64,000 nucleotides of DNA from Prevotellaceae bacterium UBA1720 (lineage in GTDB: Bacteria > Bacteroidota > Bacteroidia > Bacteroidales > Bacteroidaceae): positions 7,881 to 71,880 of the forward strand of contig DCIS01000122.1 in assembly GCA_002317475.1 (NCBI GenBank), in the 5' to 3' direction. Below are positions 45,798-55,704 of the stretch, one piece after another. The position numbers and the translations under genes are program-made. The notes under the pieces were generated by a model. That model ran no database searches and was not told the origin of the DNA. It was given only the letters and a program-made list of their open reading frames with translations. The number at the start of each line of letters is the position of its first letter. Position 1 is the stretch's first letter.

Positions 45798-45805
45798 CAA
45801 AGGTA
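45798..45805 (-). promoter_or_regulatory. -7 box TACCTTTG
   Basis: 78 nt upstream of the ABC ATPase ATG at 45720. Confidence 0.4.
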
Positions 45806-46023
45806 TGTCTTTTCATATTATCCACCAAGAAAACTAGCAGAAATTATTCCTCGTTAACATAATTTTAACACTCTCAAGCTTCATCTTCCCGCTTACACCT
45901 TATTATATTAAGGGCGCTGTCGAGCAAAAAGATATAGTTTTCATCATTTTTAGGTTACAAGTTTGGTTATCAGCACATTTATTCGTAATTTTACACCACG
46001 AACGAACTAATACAACGAATAAC

Positions 46024-48600
46024 ATGGCAAAACACGCTCTACGCAAGGCAATAATGCTGGCAGCACTGGTTTTCTGCTCATTAAGCAGCCAGGCGCAACC
46101 CAAGGAGGTAAGCATCGATATTGATGCCAAACAACCCTCAGGACTCATTGACCCAATGATCTACGGTCAGTTGTTTGAACACATCTATTTCTCGGCCAAC
46201 AATGGTGTGTGGCAGGAACTCATCCAGGAACGCTCCTTCGAACCAGAGCACTACCCCGGCATTCATCCCAGAGATGGTTATTTCGATGGTTGGTTTATGG
46301 ATGACGAACAGGTGCTTCACTCCCCTACTCGCTACGAACAACCCCTGAAAATCACCACCGTAGACACCGACGACTATGACATCACGATGGACGTAAACTG
46401 GCGTGCCTATCGTCTGGCCCGACGTGCCTGGAGTGGCGGTTTGCTGGACATACGTTTTGCCTTCAAGAACGGCGAAGCTGACCAACCCTACTTCTTCCGC
46501 ATACACAATCCCTACTATGAGGTGCGCACACTGAACGTAGGTCAGACCGAGGCCATGCGTCAGAACGAGCAGATGAACGCAGCACGCCGTGCCATGCAGC
46601 AACAGAGCACCGATCCCGATTTCTCCATCGCCCAGATGACAGAGAAGGAAGTGGCTGGCTTTGGTGGACGAATGCGTAAGATGAACACCCTTGAGGCATT
46701 GGTAAGCAAGGTGGCTAACGCACAGCAGATCAACGAGAAACAGGAGTGGCACAAGTTGCGCATACAGTGTCGTGGTGGTCAGACAAAGGTGTTCTGGGAC
46801 GGCAAGCAGATACTCTCACAGAGCAAGATGGCACAGAAGGGAAAGAACGATATAACCTTCTGGGTGAACTATACCGAGGCGACCTACAAGAATATCAAGG
46901 TATGCTCAGCAGACGGCAAGATGGTATACTTTGAAGGTACCCCAGAGGACGTGAAGATACCCCAGGTAGCTCCTCAATGGGAGAGTTTTGGCAATGCCAA
47001 GTTTGAACTGGTAAAGGGTGAAGATGAAGGCGATGTAGTCAACATGAACTATGCCCAGCAAATCAGTGCCACACAGAAGAGCGGACTGAGACAAGGTCCC
47101 CAGAACATCATCAAAGGAGAGAAATACATCGGCTATATCTACGCCAAGGGTGGTGGTCAACTGAGTGTGGAACTACAAGGTGGAGGCAAGGCTGTGGCTC
47201 GACAGACACTTGGCATACCTGGCAACAAATGGAAGAAATACGCCATCGAACTGACTTCTGCCAGTTATAGCGGCAAGGGCGAATTTGCCATCTGTGTGGA
47301 GAATGGAACAGTACTGGTGGACGAGGTGAGCCTCACCACACAGACAGGTAAGAACCTTGGAGGTTTCCGTCCTGACATCTACGATGCCGTGAAGGATCTT
47401 CATCCTACTTGCTTGCGTTGGCCTGGAGGTGGCTATGCGGCACAGTATGACTGGAAATGGGGCGTAGGCCCTCAGGAGCAGCGCAGACGCTGGGATCACT
47501 GGATGTGGATGGACTACGACCAGAACTGCTTCGGTACGGACGAGTTTATCCGCTTCTGCCGTGAGGTGAACAGTGAACCCGTCATCGTGGTCAGCGTAGG
47601 TTTTGAACGTCCCGAGGAGGAGTTTGACTCCTTGTTGCAGAATGCCGTGAACTGGCTACGCTATTGCAACGAACCCGCTACAGGTGAATGGGGTGCAAAG
47701 CGCGCAAAGAACGGTCATCCCGAACCTTACAACGTGAAATACTGGGAGATAGACAACGAGATGTGGGAGATGGGTATCGAACGCTATGAGCGTTGCGTAC
47801 GTGAATATTCCACAGCTATGCGTGCCCTCTTCCCTGACATTAAGATCATTGCCTGTGGTGGTTTCCAGGAGGACGAGCAGTTCATCAAGCGCTCAGGCAA
47901 CTACTTCGACTACATGAGTCTGCACCATTACGAACAGCAGGGTGGCTATGCCACTGGTCCCCAACGTCTGGGTCAGCAGTATGACCGTTATGCAAAATGG
48001 TTCAGCGAGGGTCCCAATCCCAACATCAAACTCTTCATCTCGGAATGGAACCTGAACAGCATTGACTGGCGTACGGGCCTCTTTGCCGGTGGTTTCCTGA
48101 ATATGTGTGAGCAGAAGGACGTCGTAGCTATGGGTGCAGCAGCACTCTTCATCCGTCGTACCGACTCACCCGACTGGAACAATGCCTTCATCAACTTCGA
48201 CTACAAGGATCTCTTCGTAGCCCCTAATTATCAAGTTACCAACCTCTGGATGGACCACTTCTCAAAGTACCGCCTTGCCTACACGGGTAACACCGAGGAG
48301 ATTAGCGTGACTACCACCATGAGCGAGGATGCACGCGAAGTGATCGTCAAGGTGGTAAACCCCACAGACAAGCCTTATCGCCTCATCACAAAGGGCAACT
48401 GGAACAGTCTGACCTCTGCCGAATACGACTACTATGCTCCTGGTGACCTAATGAAGGCAAACAGCATGGAAAACAAGAACGCCGTAGCCCTGAAGCACCT
48501 CAAGCCCACCCTGCAGGACAACCAAGCCACCCTGGACGTTGAACCCTACTCTGCCGGTGTGATGACACTGAAAATGAATCGCGTAGAGATAGTAAAATAG
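46024..48600 (+). CDS. GH51-type alpha-L-arabinofuranosidase with extra N-terminal lectin-like/CBM domains
   Basis: PSGLIDPMIYGQLFEHI, LRWPGGGYAAQYDWKWGVGP, YWEIDNEMW (acid/base Glu), FISEWN. A segment of about 300 aa lies between the first motif and the catalytic barrel. Confidence 0.8.
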   Translation: MAKHALRKAIMLAALVFCSLSSQAQPKEVSIDIDAKQPSGLIDPMIYGQLFEHIYFSANNGVWQELIQERSFEPEHYPGIHPRDGYFDGWFMDDEQVLHSPTRYEQPLKITTVDTDDYDITMDVNWRAYRLARRAWSGGLLDIRFAFKNGEADQPYFFRIHNPYYEVRTLNVGQTEAMRQNEQMNAARRAMQQQSTDPDFSIAQMTEKEVAGFGGRMRKMNTLEALVSKVANAQQINEKQEWHKLRIQCRGGQTKVFWDGKQILSQSKMAQKGKNDITFWVNYTEATYKNIKVCSADGKMVYFEGTPEDVKIPQVAPQWESFGNAKFELVKGEDEGDVVNMNYAQQISATQKSGLRQGPQNIIKGEKYIGYIYAKGGGQLSVELQGGGKAVARQTLGIPGNKWKKYAIELTSASYSGKGEFAICVENGTVLVDEVSLTTQTGKNLGGFRPDIYDAVKDLHPTCLRWPGGGYAAQYDWKWGVGPQEQRRRWDHWMWMDYDQNCFGTDEFIRFCREVNSEPVIVVSVGFERPEEEFDSLLQNAVNWLRYCNEPATGEWGAKRAKNGHPEPYNVKYWEIDNEMWEMGIERYERCVREYSTAMRALFPDIKIIACGGFQEDEQFIKRSGNYFDYMSLHHYEQQGGYATGPQRLGQQYDRYAKWFSEGPNPNIKLFISEWNLNSIDWRTGLFAGGFLNMCEQKDVVAMGAAALFIRRTDSPDWNNAFINFDYKDLFVAPNYQVTNLWMDHFSKYRLAYTGNTEEISVTTTMSEDAREVIVKVVNPTDKPYRLITKGNWNSLTSAEYDYYAPGDLMKANSMENKNAVALKHLKPTLQDNQATLDVEPYSAGVMTLKMNRVEIVK

Positions 48601-48608
48601 GGAAAAGC

Positions 48609-48723
48609 CTAGGAATACCTAGGAAAGACCTAGGAAGGTCTAGGAAGGTCTAGGAATACCTAGGAACACCTAGAAAATCCTAGCAAATCCTAGTAAACCC
48701 TAGTAAACCCTAGAGAATCCTAG
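48609..48723. repeat. 10-bp phased CTAG array G (12 units)
   Basis: CTAG cores at 48609, 619, 630, 640 ... 720. The array begins 9 nt after the GH51 stop and precedes the terminator. Confidence 0.95.
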
Positions 48724-48736
48724 ACACAAACAAAAA

Positions 48737-48760
48737 CAGCCCTTGCAAATGCAGGGGCTG
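48737..48760. terminator. bidirectional rho-independent terminator
   Basis: CAGCCCTTGC-aaat-GCAGGGGCTG has T-runs on both strands (CTCTTTTA on plus, TTTTTGTTTG on minus). Confidence 0.7.
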
Positions 48761-48795
48761 CTCTTTTATATATATACTATAATGTACGCGCGAGA

Positions 48796-49368
48796 TTACT
48801 GTGCTGTGGTAGTAGCAGTACCCGAGAAGGTTGCCTGATACTTTCTGCCACCTACATAGAAGTCGATGTAGCTGAGGCTGAGAGTCTTCTCATTGACAGT
48901 ACCCAGCAAGCAAGCCATATCCATCTCTGCAGCAGTACCATTAACGGTGCAGGTACCACCAGTGTAGTAAGCCTCTTTGTCGATACCCACCTTACCAGTA
49001 CCGGGGTTGTAGTTGGTGTTGAATGAGAAGTTGCTGATGGTGTTGTTGCCAACCTTGAATTCACCCAAGGTAACGGTTACAACAGAGTCTGCTGCTGAGC
49101 AGATAGCACCAGCGGTAATAGAAGCAGTAGCAGATGCCTTGTCGTCCTCGTAATAAACACCCTCGGCAGAATCATACTTGTAAGAATCTACGTTCAGTGT
49201 ACCGGTGTAAGCATACTGTGTACCACCATTGTTGGTAAGCATATTACCGATAACCTCAGTCACGATAGGGAGCAGGGTATTCAGTATATCACTATCACAA
49301 CTGGTTGTTGTCAGACCCATGCCAGCAAGACCCAGCACTACACACACTTTCTTAAAATACTTTTTCAT
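48796..49368 (-). CDS. lipoprotein, unknown function
   Basis: MKKYFKKVCVVLGLAGMGLTTTSC lipobox; 190 aa, Thr/Gly-rich. Confidence 0.7.
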   Translation of the reverse strand: MKKYFKKVCVVLGLAGMGLTTTSCDSDILNTLLPIVTEVIGNMLTNNGGTQYAYTGTLNVDSYKYDSAEGVYYEDDKASATASITAGAICSAADSVVTVTLGEFKVGNNTISNFSFNTNYNPGTGKVGIDKEAYYTGGTCTVNGTAAEMDMACLLGTVNEKTLSLSYIDFYVGGRKYQATFSGTATTTAQ

Positions 49369-49403
49369 CTTTGTATATTATTTAGTTGTTGTTGTTTTCG
49401 CTG

Positions 49404-49411
49404 CAAAGTTA
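49404..49411 (-). promoter_or_regulatory. -7 box TAACTTTG
   Basis: 36 nt upstream of the ATG at 49368. Confidence 0.5.
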
Positions 49412-49480
49412 GTCATTTTCACCTTTCCATGCAAAAAGCATCTACGTTTTTTTACTTTTATTCAGCGTATAGCAATAAAA

Positions 49481-49508
49481 GAGGGCACGAAGTCGCCTTC
49501 GTACCCTC
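49481..49508 (-). terminator. rho-independent terminator of the mutAB operon
   Basis: The minus strand reads GAGGGTACGAAG-gcga-CTTCGTGCCCTC followed by TTTTATTGC. Confidence 0.65.
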
Positions 49509-49532
49509 ATGAATTATCGTCTTGATTTCTGC

Positions 49533-49566
49533 AACCTAACCTAACTAACTAACTAACTAACAAATT
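49533..49566. repeat. TTAG-motif copy (R orientation, extended)
   Basis: AACCTAACCTAACTAACTAACTAACTAACAAATT lies between the mutB stop (49613) and its terminator, so it would be in the 3' UTR. Confidence 0.9.
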
Positions 49567-49612
49567 GCAGTATTTTAGGGAAGAATTGCAGATGGTCAAA
49601 TCGAGGAAATGC

Positions 49613-51781
49613 TTACTCCTTGTCGAGCAGGATGTTCATGATCTCGCAAGCAGCCTTTGCTACGCTGGTACCAGGACCGAAGATAGCAGCTACGCCAGCC
49701 TGATAGAGGAAGTCGTAGTCCTGAGCGGGAATTACACCACCAGCGATAACCATGATGTCCTCACGACCGAGCTTCTTCAACTCGTCGATAAGTTGAGGAA
49801 TCAGAGTCTTATGACCAGCAGCCAGAGAAGAAGCACCAACTACGTTGACATCGTTCTCAACTGCCTGACGAGCAGCCTCAGCGGGAGTCTGGAACAAGGG
49901 ACCCATATCCACGTCGAAACCACAGTCTGCATAACCTGTTGCTACAACCTTGGCACCACGGTCGTGACCGTCCTGACCCATCTTAGCAACCATGATACGA
50001 GGACGACGGCCTTCAGCCTTTGCAAACTCCTCGGTCAACTGACAAGCCTTCTCGAAGTCGCTGTCATTCTTTGATTCACTGCTATACACGCCTGAAATAG
50101 TTCTGATTACTGCCTTGTAACGACCTACGATAGCCTCGCAAGCGTCACTGATCTCACCCAAAGTAGCACGGTGACCAGCTGCGATTACAGCGAGGTCGAG
50201 CAGGTTGTTAGCGCTCTTCTTGCCCTCGTTGAACTCGCGTACACACTCGGTGATAGCCACCAAGTCCTTCTTCACCTGTGCCTCATCACGGTTAGCCTTG
50301 AGCTCCTTGAGAGCAGCCTCCTGCTGGAGACGTACAGCGGTGTTGTCGATCTCGAGGATATCGATGGGATCCTCGTGCTCGAGACGATACTTGTTGGTAC
50401 CAACGATGGTCTGAACACCTGAGTCGATACGAGCCTGGGTACGAGCAGCTGCCTCCTCGATACGCATCTTGGGCAGACCTGTCTCGATAGCCTTAGCCAT
50501 ACCACCGAGCTTCTCGATCTCCTGGATGTGAGACCATGCCTTCTCGTAAAGCTCCTGAGTCAACTTCTCAACATAGTAAGAACCTGCCCATGGATCGATA
50601 TGCTTGCAGACCTGAGTCTCGTTCTGGATGTAGATCTGGGTGTTTCGTGCGATACGAGCAGAGAAGTCAGTAGGAAGTGCAATAGCCTCGTCGAGTGCGT
50701 TGGTGTGGAGTGACTGGGTGTGACCCAGGACTGCAGCCATAGCCTCGATACAGGTACGACCTACATTGTTGAAGGGATCCTGCTCGGTCAGAGACCAACC
50801 TGAGGTCTGAGAGTGGGTACGCAGAGCCATTGACTTGGGGTTCTTAGCACCGAAGCTCTTCACGATCTTTGCCCACAACAGACGACCAGCACGCATCTTG
50901 GCAATCTCCATGAAGTGGTTCATACCGATAGCCCAGAAGAATGACAGACGGGGTGCGAAAGCATCTACGTCGATACCTGCGTTGATACCTGCACGGAGGT
51001 AATCCATACCATCAGCCAAGGTGTAAGCCAACTCGATGTCAGCAGTAGCACCTGCCTCCTGCATGTGGTAACCAGAGATAGAGATGCTGTTGAACTTAGG
51101 CATCTTCTGGCTGGTGTACTCGAAGATATCAGCAATGATCTTCATTGAGAATGCAGGTGGATAGATATAGGTGTTACGTACCATGAACTCCTTCAAGATA
51201 TCGTTCTGGATAGTACCAGCCATCTCCTCGAGCTTAGCGCCCTGCTCAAGACCTGCGTTGATGTAGAATGCCAATACGGGCAATACACCACCGTTCATGG
51301 TCATAGACACAGACATCTTGTTCAAGGGAATACCTGCGAAGAGCACCTTCATGTTCTCGAGTGAGCAAATAGACACACCGGCCTTACCTACATCACCAAC
51401 TACACGCTGGTTGTCGGGGTCATAACCACGATGGGTAGGGAGGTCGAATGCAACTGACAGACCCTTCTGACCTGAAGCCAGGTTACGACGGTAGAATGCG
51501 TTAGACTCCTCAGCAGTAGAGAAACCAGCATACTGACGGATGGTCCATGGACGGAAGGGGTACATCATGCTATAGGGGCCACGAAGGAAGGGAGGGATAC
51601 CAGCAGCAAAGTCAAGGTGCTCCATGCCTTCCAGGTCCTCTTTGGTATAAACGGGCTGAACATCAATCTGCTCGGGAGTTCTCCAGTTGGCAGTAATACC
51701 AGCCTCTTTTTGCCATGCCTGGCCATTCTTTGCCTCAATACCGGCAAAGATATCTATCTGATTAAATTGTTTACGTGCCAT
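49613..51781 (-). CDS. mutB: methylmalonyl-CoA mutase large (alpha) subunit
   Basis: 722 aa: [30 protein letters not shown], and a C-terminal B12-binding domain ([14 protein letters not shown]). Confidence 0.96.
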   Translation of the reverse strand: MARKQFNQIDIFAGIEAKNGQAWQKEAGITANWRTPEQIDVQPVYTKEDLEGMEHLDFAAGIPPFLRGPYSMMYPFRPWTIRQYAGFSTAEESNAFYRRNLASGQKGLSVAFDLPTHRGYDPDNQRVVGDVGKAGVSICSLENMKVLFAGIPLNKMSVSMTMNGGVLPVLAFYINAGLEQGAKLEEMAGTIQNDILKEFMVRNTYIYPPAFSMKIIADIFEYTSQKMPKFNSISISGYHMQEAGATADIELAYTLADGMDYLRAGINAGIDVDAFAPRLSFFWAIGMNHFMEIAKMRAGRLLWAKIVKSFGAKNPKSMALRTHSQTSGWSLTEQDPFNNVGRTCIEAMAAVLGHTQSLHTNALDEAIALPTDFSARIARNTQIYIQNETQVCKHIDPWAGSYYVEKLTQELYEKAWSHIQEIEKLGGMAKAIETGLPKMRIEEAAARTQARIDSGVQTIVGTNKYRLEHEDPIDILEIDNTAVRLQQEAALKELKANRDEAQVKKDLVAITECVREFNEGKKSANNLLDLAVIAAGHRATLGEISDACEAIVGRYKAVIRTISGVYSSESKNDSDFEKACQLTEEFAKAEGRRPRIMVAKMGQDGHDRGAKVVATGYADCGFDVDMGPLFQTPAEAARQAVENDVNVVGASSLAAGHKTLIPQLIDELKKLGREDIMVIAGGVIPAQDYDFLYQAGVAAIFGPGTSVAKAACEIMNILLDKE

Positions 51782-51783
51782 AA

Positions 51784-53628
51784 TTAGATTCCGAGTTTAG
51801 AATTATACTCCTGAAGAGTACCAAGCTGATTAGACTTAACATTAATATAATTCTCGATACCAGCAGCCTTCAGATCCTCTGTACAAGCGGGAGCACCAGC
51901 AACAACGAACATTGCACGGCCATTCAGGTACTTGTAAGCGGGGATAGCGTACTCAGCATACTCGTCATCACTTGAACAGATGACAACGATGTCTGCACCT
52001 GCCTCCAGAGCCTTGTCAACACCCTCCTCAACAGTGGGGAAGCCGAGGTTGTCGATTACCTTGTAACCAGCAGCAGCCAGGAAGTTGCAAGAGAACTGAG
52101 CACGAGCCTGACGCATAGCCAGGTTACCAATGGTCAGCATGAAGGCAACGGGTACCTTAGCAGCCTTCTCGGTAGTGAGACGCAAGTTCTCGAAGTCGCT
52201 TGCCAGACGAGCGGGCTTCAGAGCAGCAATCTCGCCAGCCTCGCCACAGCAGCAGCAAGGAGCAACGGGCTGCTTGCCTTCGCTCTTCTCGGTGAAGTTG
52301 GGGAACTGGTTGGTACCCAACAGGAACTCACGACGCTTGCCAGCATTAGCATGACGAGCAGCGTTGGTATCGTTTACTACGGTCTGGATGTTACCAGCGA
52401 GAGCCTCCTTCAGGAAGCCACCCTTCTCCTCAACATCGAGGAAGAGCTTCCAAGCCTGCTCAGCGAGAGCCTTAGTCAGAGTCTCCAGGAAGTATGAACC
52501 ACCAGCAGCATCAACGATGCGACCAAAATGGCACTCCTCCTTCAACAGCAACTGCTGGTTGCGAGCAATACGCTCTGCAAACTCTGTGGGAGCCTCATAG
52601 GGCTCGTCGAAGGGAGTAACAACGATACTCTCAACGCCACCCAAAGCAGCAGACATAGCCTCAGTCTGGCTACGGAGCATATTTACATAGCTGTCGAATA
52701 CGGTCTGGTTATAGGTAGTGGTGATGGCACAAACGTGCATCTTAGCACTCTCCTTGCAAGCGGTGTACTGGCTAACAATCTGTGCCCACAACATACGTGC
52801 AGCACGAACCTTAGCAATCTCCATGAAGTAAACACCGTTGATACCCAGGTTGAACTTGATGTTCTGAGCAGCCAACTCGGGAGCTACACCAGCCTCGGTC
52901 AATGCAGCCATGTACTCATTACCCCAAGCCAAAGCGTAACCCAGGTCCTGATAGCTGTATGCACCAGCATTGGTCAAAGTGTAAGCGTTAACAGCAACTG
53001 CACGGAACTTGGGATACTCAGCAAGTACCTCAACCAACTCCTTAGCGGTAGCGATAAGTTCTGAACGATCCTTACCCTTGCTGATAATCTTCTCGATGGG
53101 GTCGAAATTGATGCTACCTGCAATAGCCTCCTTCTTGTAACCCTTCTCCTGGAAGTAAGCCACGAGGATCTTTGCCAACTCAAGGCTCTTGCACTGGCAA
53201 GTCTTGAAGTTCAGCTCCACGCACTCAGCATAGATGCCCTCTAAAAGGGTTGCAATGTACTCTGCGCTAACCTTCTCAGCAGGAATAACGAAACCCAGAC
53301 CGTCAACACCCTTGTTCAGGATGTCCAAAGCCTTCTCGTTAGCTGCCTTGGGGCAATCGCACACGATGTCCTGACGGACATACCACTCGTTGTCAGCGGT
53401 CTTATTGCCGCGAACATAGGGGAACTCGCCTGGAAGGGCGTTAACGATAGCCAGATTCTCAACATCCTCCTTGCGGTAGAATGGTTCCATGCTGAAGCCT
53501 TCGTTGGTTCTCCAAACCATTTTCTTCTGATAGTCTGCACCCTTGAGGTCTACCTCAATCTTGTCGCGCCATTCCTGGGCTGAGGGAGCAGTAAAGTCAG
53601 AAAAAAGTCTCTCTTTACTATCTGCCAT
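51784..53628 (-). CDS. mutA: methylmalonyl-CoA mutase small (beta) subunit
   Basis: 614 aa, mutase-like but lacking the DxHxxG cobalamin motif. It lies directly upstream of mutB. Confidence 0.88.
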   Translation of the reverse strand: MADSKERLFSDFTAPSAQEWRDKIEVDLKGADYQKKMVWRTNEGFSMEPFYRKEDVENLAIVNALPGEFPYVRGNKTADNEWYVRQDIVCDCPKAANEKALDILNKGVDGLGFVIPAEKVSAEYIATLLEGIYAECVELNFKTCQCKSLELAKILVAYFQEKGYKKEAIAGSINFDPIEKIISKGKDRSELIATAKELVEVLAEYPKFRAVAVNAYTLTNAGAYSYQDLGYALAWGNEYMAALTEAGVAPELAAQNIKFNLGINGVYFMEIAKVRAARMLWAQIVSQYTACKESAKMHVCAITTTYNQTVFDSYVNMLRSQTEAMSAALGGVESIVVTPFDEPYEAPTEFAERIARNQQLLLKEECHFGRIVDAAGGSYFLETLTKALAEQAWKLFLDVEEKGGFLKEALAGNIQTVVNDTNAARHANAGKRREFLLGTNQFPNFTEKSEGKQPVAPCCCCGEAGEIAALKPARLASDFENLRLTTEKAAKVPVAFMLTIGNLAMRQARAQFSCNFLAAAGYKVIDNLGFPTVEEGVDKALEAGADIVVICSSDDEYAEYAIPAYKYLNGRAMFVVAGAPACTEDLKAAGIENYINVKSNQLGTLQEYNSKLGI

Positions 53629-53699
53629 AATTTAATAAAAATTATATAATGTGATTCTCTCTATCTTTTGGCTAGGGGGCTCATCGCCCAAAAAGCATG

Positions 53700-53707
53700 C
53701 AAAGTTA
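53700..53707 (-). promoter_or_regulatory. -7 box TAACTTTG
   Basis: 72 nt upstream of the mutA ATG at 53628. Confidence 0.45.
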
Positions 53708-53844
53708 CTCAATTTTCCTCTCACAGCAAAACTTTTTTCACAAAAAGGATGCGTCAAGAACCGCATTGACACCTTCTTTTTGCAAATTGAACAAGATAAT
53801 TCAAAATTATCCCTTATACACCCCTTGATTTCACATTTTTTCAC

Positions 53845-53852
53845 TAATTTTG
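53845..53852 (+). promoter_or_regulatory. -7 box TAATTTTG
   Basis: 81 nt upstream of the ATG at 53933. Confidence 0.4.
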
Positions 53853-53932
53853 TGCAACAATTGTGCGCTACCATCCCCACACGGATACAGCCCAACAAAA
53901 AAAAGAGAAACAATCATACAAACATATTCTAT

Positions 53933-55645
53933 ATGGAATGGCTTAAGACTTTATTCACAGACACAGACGGGGTAGGACACATCGTGCTGCTCTATGCCCT
54001 TGTCATTGCTGTAGGTATTTTCCTGGGGCGCCTGAAGATTGGCGGCAAGAAGAACGGCATAGCCCTGGGTGTAACCTTCGTGCTGTTTGCCGGCATCGTA
54101 GCCGGACATTTCGGCTTCACAGGCACAACCAACGTGCTTACCTTTATACAGGATTTCGGATTGATCCTATTCGTATACTGTATCGGCCTACAAGTAGGTC
54201 CTGGTTTCGTAAGCAGTTTCAAGGAGGGTGGCATCAAGATGAATATGATCGCCATTGGTATCGTAACCTTGAACGTAATCTTCTGTATCAGCCTTTATTT
54301 CCTTATATTTTATAAGGGAGGAAGCATTACTGGCGAGAACAGCAGCAATCTGGCCATGATGGTGGGTGTGCTTTGTGGTGCCATCACCAATACACCTGGT
54401 CTGGGTGCTGCCAACGAGGCTTGTAACACCATTTTCGGTGACGCAGCTCCCACCATTGCCAACGGCTATGCTTGTGCCTATCCCCTTGGCGTTGTGGGCA
54501 TTATCCTTGCAACTATTGCTATCCGTTACATCACCGGTACTTCGCTGAAGAAGGAGCAGGAAGCCATAGAGCAGGAAAAAGCAGCCAACCCTCATGCTAC
54601 ACCTCATCGTATGACCGTGGCAGCACGTAATCCTTACCTTTTAGGCAAGAGCATCCTGCAAGTACGTCAGTTCCTGGGTCGTGACTTTGTATGTAGCCGT
54701 ATTTTACAGAACGGCCATGTCAGCATCCCCAACCGTGACACGGTTCTCGGCGAGGGAGACGAGATGTACATCACCTGCGCTGAGGCTGACGCTGAGGCCA
54801 TCAAGGCCTTTATCGGCCCCGAGGAACAGGTGGAATGGGAGGAACAGGATGTGCCCATGGTTAGCAAGCACGTCTTAGTGACACAGCCCGCGGTAAATGG
54901 AAAGACACTGGGCGAGTTACACTTCAGCAGCGTATATGGTGTGAATGTGACCCGTATCCGTCGTGGAGATTTGAACCTCTTTGCAGAAAGCAACCTTCGT
55001 CTGCAGATTGGTGACCGTCTCGTAGTCGTTGGACCTGAGGATGCTGTTGATCGCATAGCAGCCAAGATGGGCAACAGTGTAAAGAAACTCGATCACCCCA
55101 ACCTGGCAGCCATCTTCATTGGTGTGTTTGTAGGTATCATCTTCGGTGCAATACCTATTGCTCTGCCAGGTGTTCCTACTCCTGTCAAATTGGGTTTGGC
55201 AGGTGGACCTCTGTGTATCGCCATTGCTATTGGTGCATACGGATACAAGTTCAAGATCAACGCTTACACCACCACCAGTGCCAACCTCATGCTACGTGAG
55301 ATGGGTCTGGCTCTCTTCCTGGCCAGCGTGGGTATCAAGGCTGGTGCCAACTTCGTCAATACGGTAGTCGAGGGTGATGGACTGACCTACGTATGGTGTG
55401 GTTTCATCATCACCGTACTTCCTATCCTCATCATGGGATTCATTGCCAAGAAATTCCTCAAACTGAACTACTGCACCCTGATGGGCCTCATCGCGGGTTC
55501 TACTACCGACCCACCTGCACTGGCCTTTGCTAACCAAACCGCTGGTAATGAAGCACCTGCAGTAGGCTATTCGACGGTATACCCCTTGAGCATGTTCCTA
55601 CGTATCCTCACAGCACAACTCATCATCCTACTGCTCTGCTCATAA
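53933..55645 (+). CDS. YidE/YbjL (AAE, aspartate:alanine exchanger) family transporter with two TrkA-C domains
   Basis: Start trimmed to the ATG at 53933 ([10 protein letters not shown]). It has a duplicated TM domain flanking RCK_C-like segments ([24 protein letters not shown] / [23 protein letters not shown]). Confidence 0.85.
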   Translation: MEWLKTLFTDTDGVGHIVLLYALVIAVGIFLGRLKIGGKKNGIALGVTFVLFAGIVAGHFGFTGTTNVLTFIQDFGLILFVYCIGLQVGPGFVSSFKEGGIKMNMIAIGIVTLNVIFCISLYFLIFYKGGSITGENSSNLAMMVGVLCGAITNTPGLGAANEACNTIFGDAAPTIANGYACAYPLGVVGIILATIAIRYITGTSLKKEQEAIEQEKAANPHATPHRMTVAARNPYLLGKSILQVRQFLGRDFVCSRILQNGHVSIPNRDTVLGEGDEMYITCAEADAEAIKAFIGPEEQVEWEEQDVPMVSKHVLVTQPAVNGKTLGELHFSSVYGVNVTRIRRGDLNLFAESNLRLQIGDRLVVVGPEDAVDRIAAKMGNSVKKLDHPNLAAIFIGVFVGIIFGAIPIALPGVPTPVKLGLAGGPLCIAIAIGAYGYKFKINAYTTTSANLMLREMGLALFLASVGIKAGANFVNTVVEGDGLTYVWCGFIITVLPILIMGFIAKKFLKLNYCTLMGLIAGSTTDPPALAFANQTAGNEAPAVGYSTVYPLSMFLRILTAQLIILLLCS

Positions 55646-55655
55646 GAGGAGGAAG

Positions 55656-55676
55656 CTAACTAACTAACTAACAAAT
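55656..55676. repeat. TTAG-motif copy (R orientation, variant)
   Basis: CTAACTAACTAACTAACAAAT lies 11 nt after the transporter stop and 28 nt before the dgt ATG. Confidence 0.8.
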
Positions 55677-55704
55677 CCTGTATTTTGTAGATAAAGAAAC
55701 GTAC

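Noticed and set aside
53629-53932. Possible cobalamin riboswitch upstream of B12-dependent mutAB
   Set aside because: I saw no B12-box-like GCCACTG core or the expected multi-stem structure. The region is AT-rich promoter DNA with -7 boxes on both strands.
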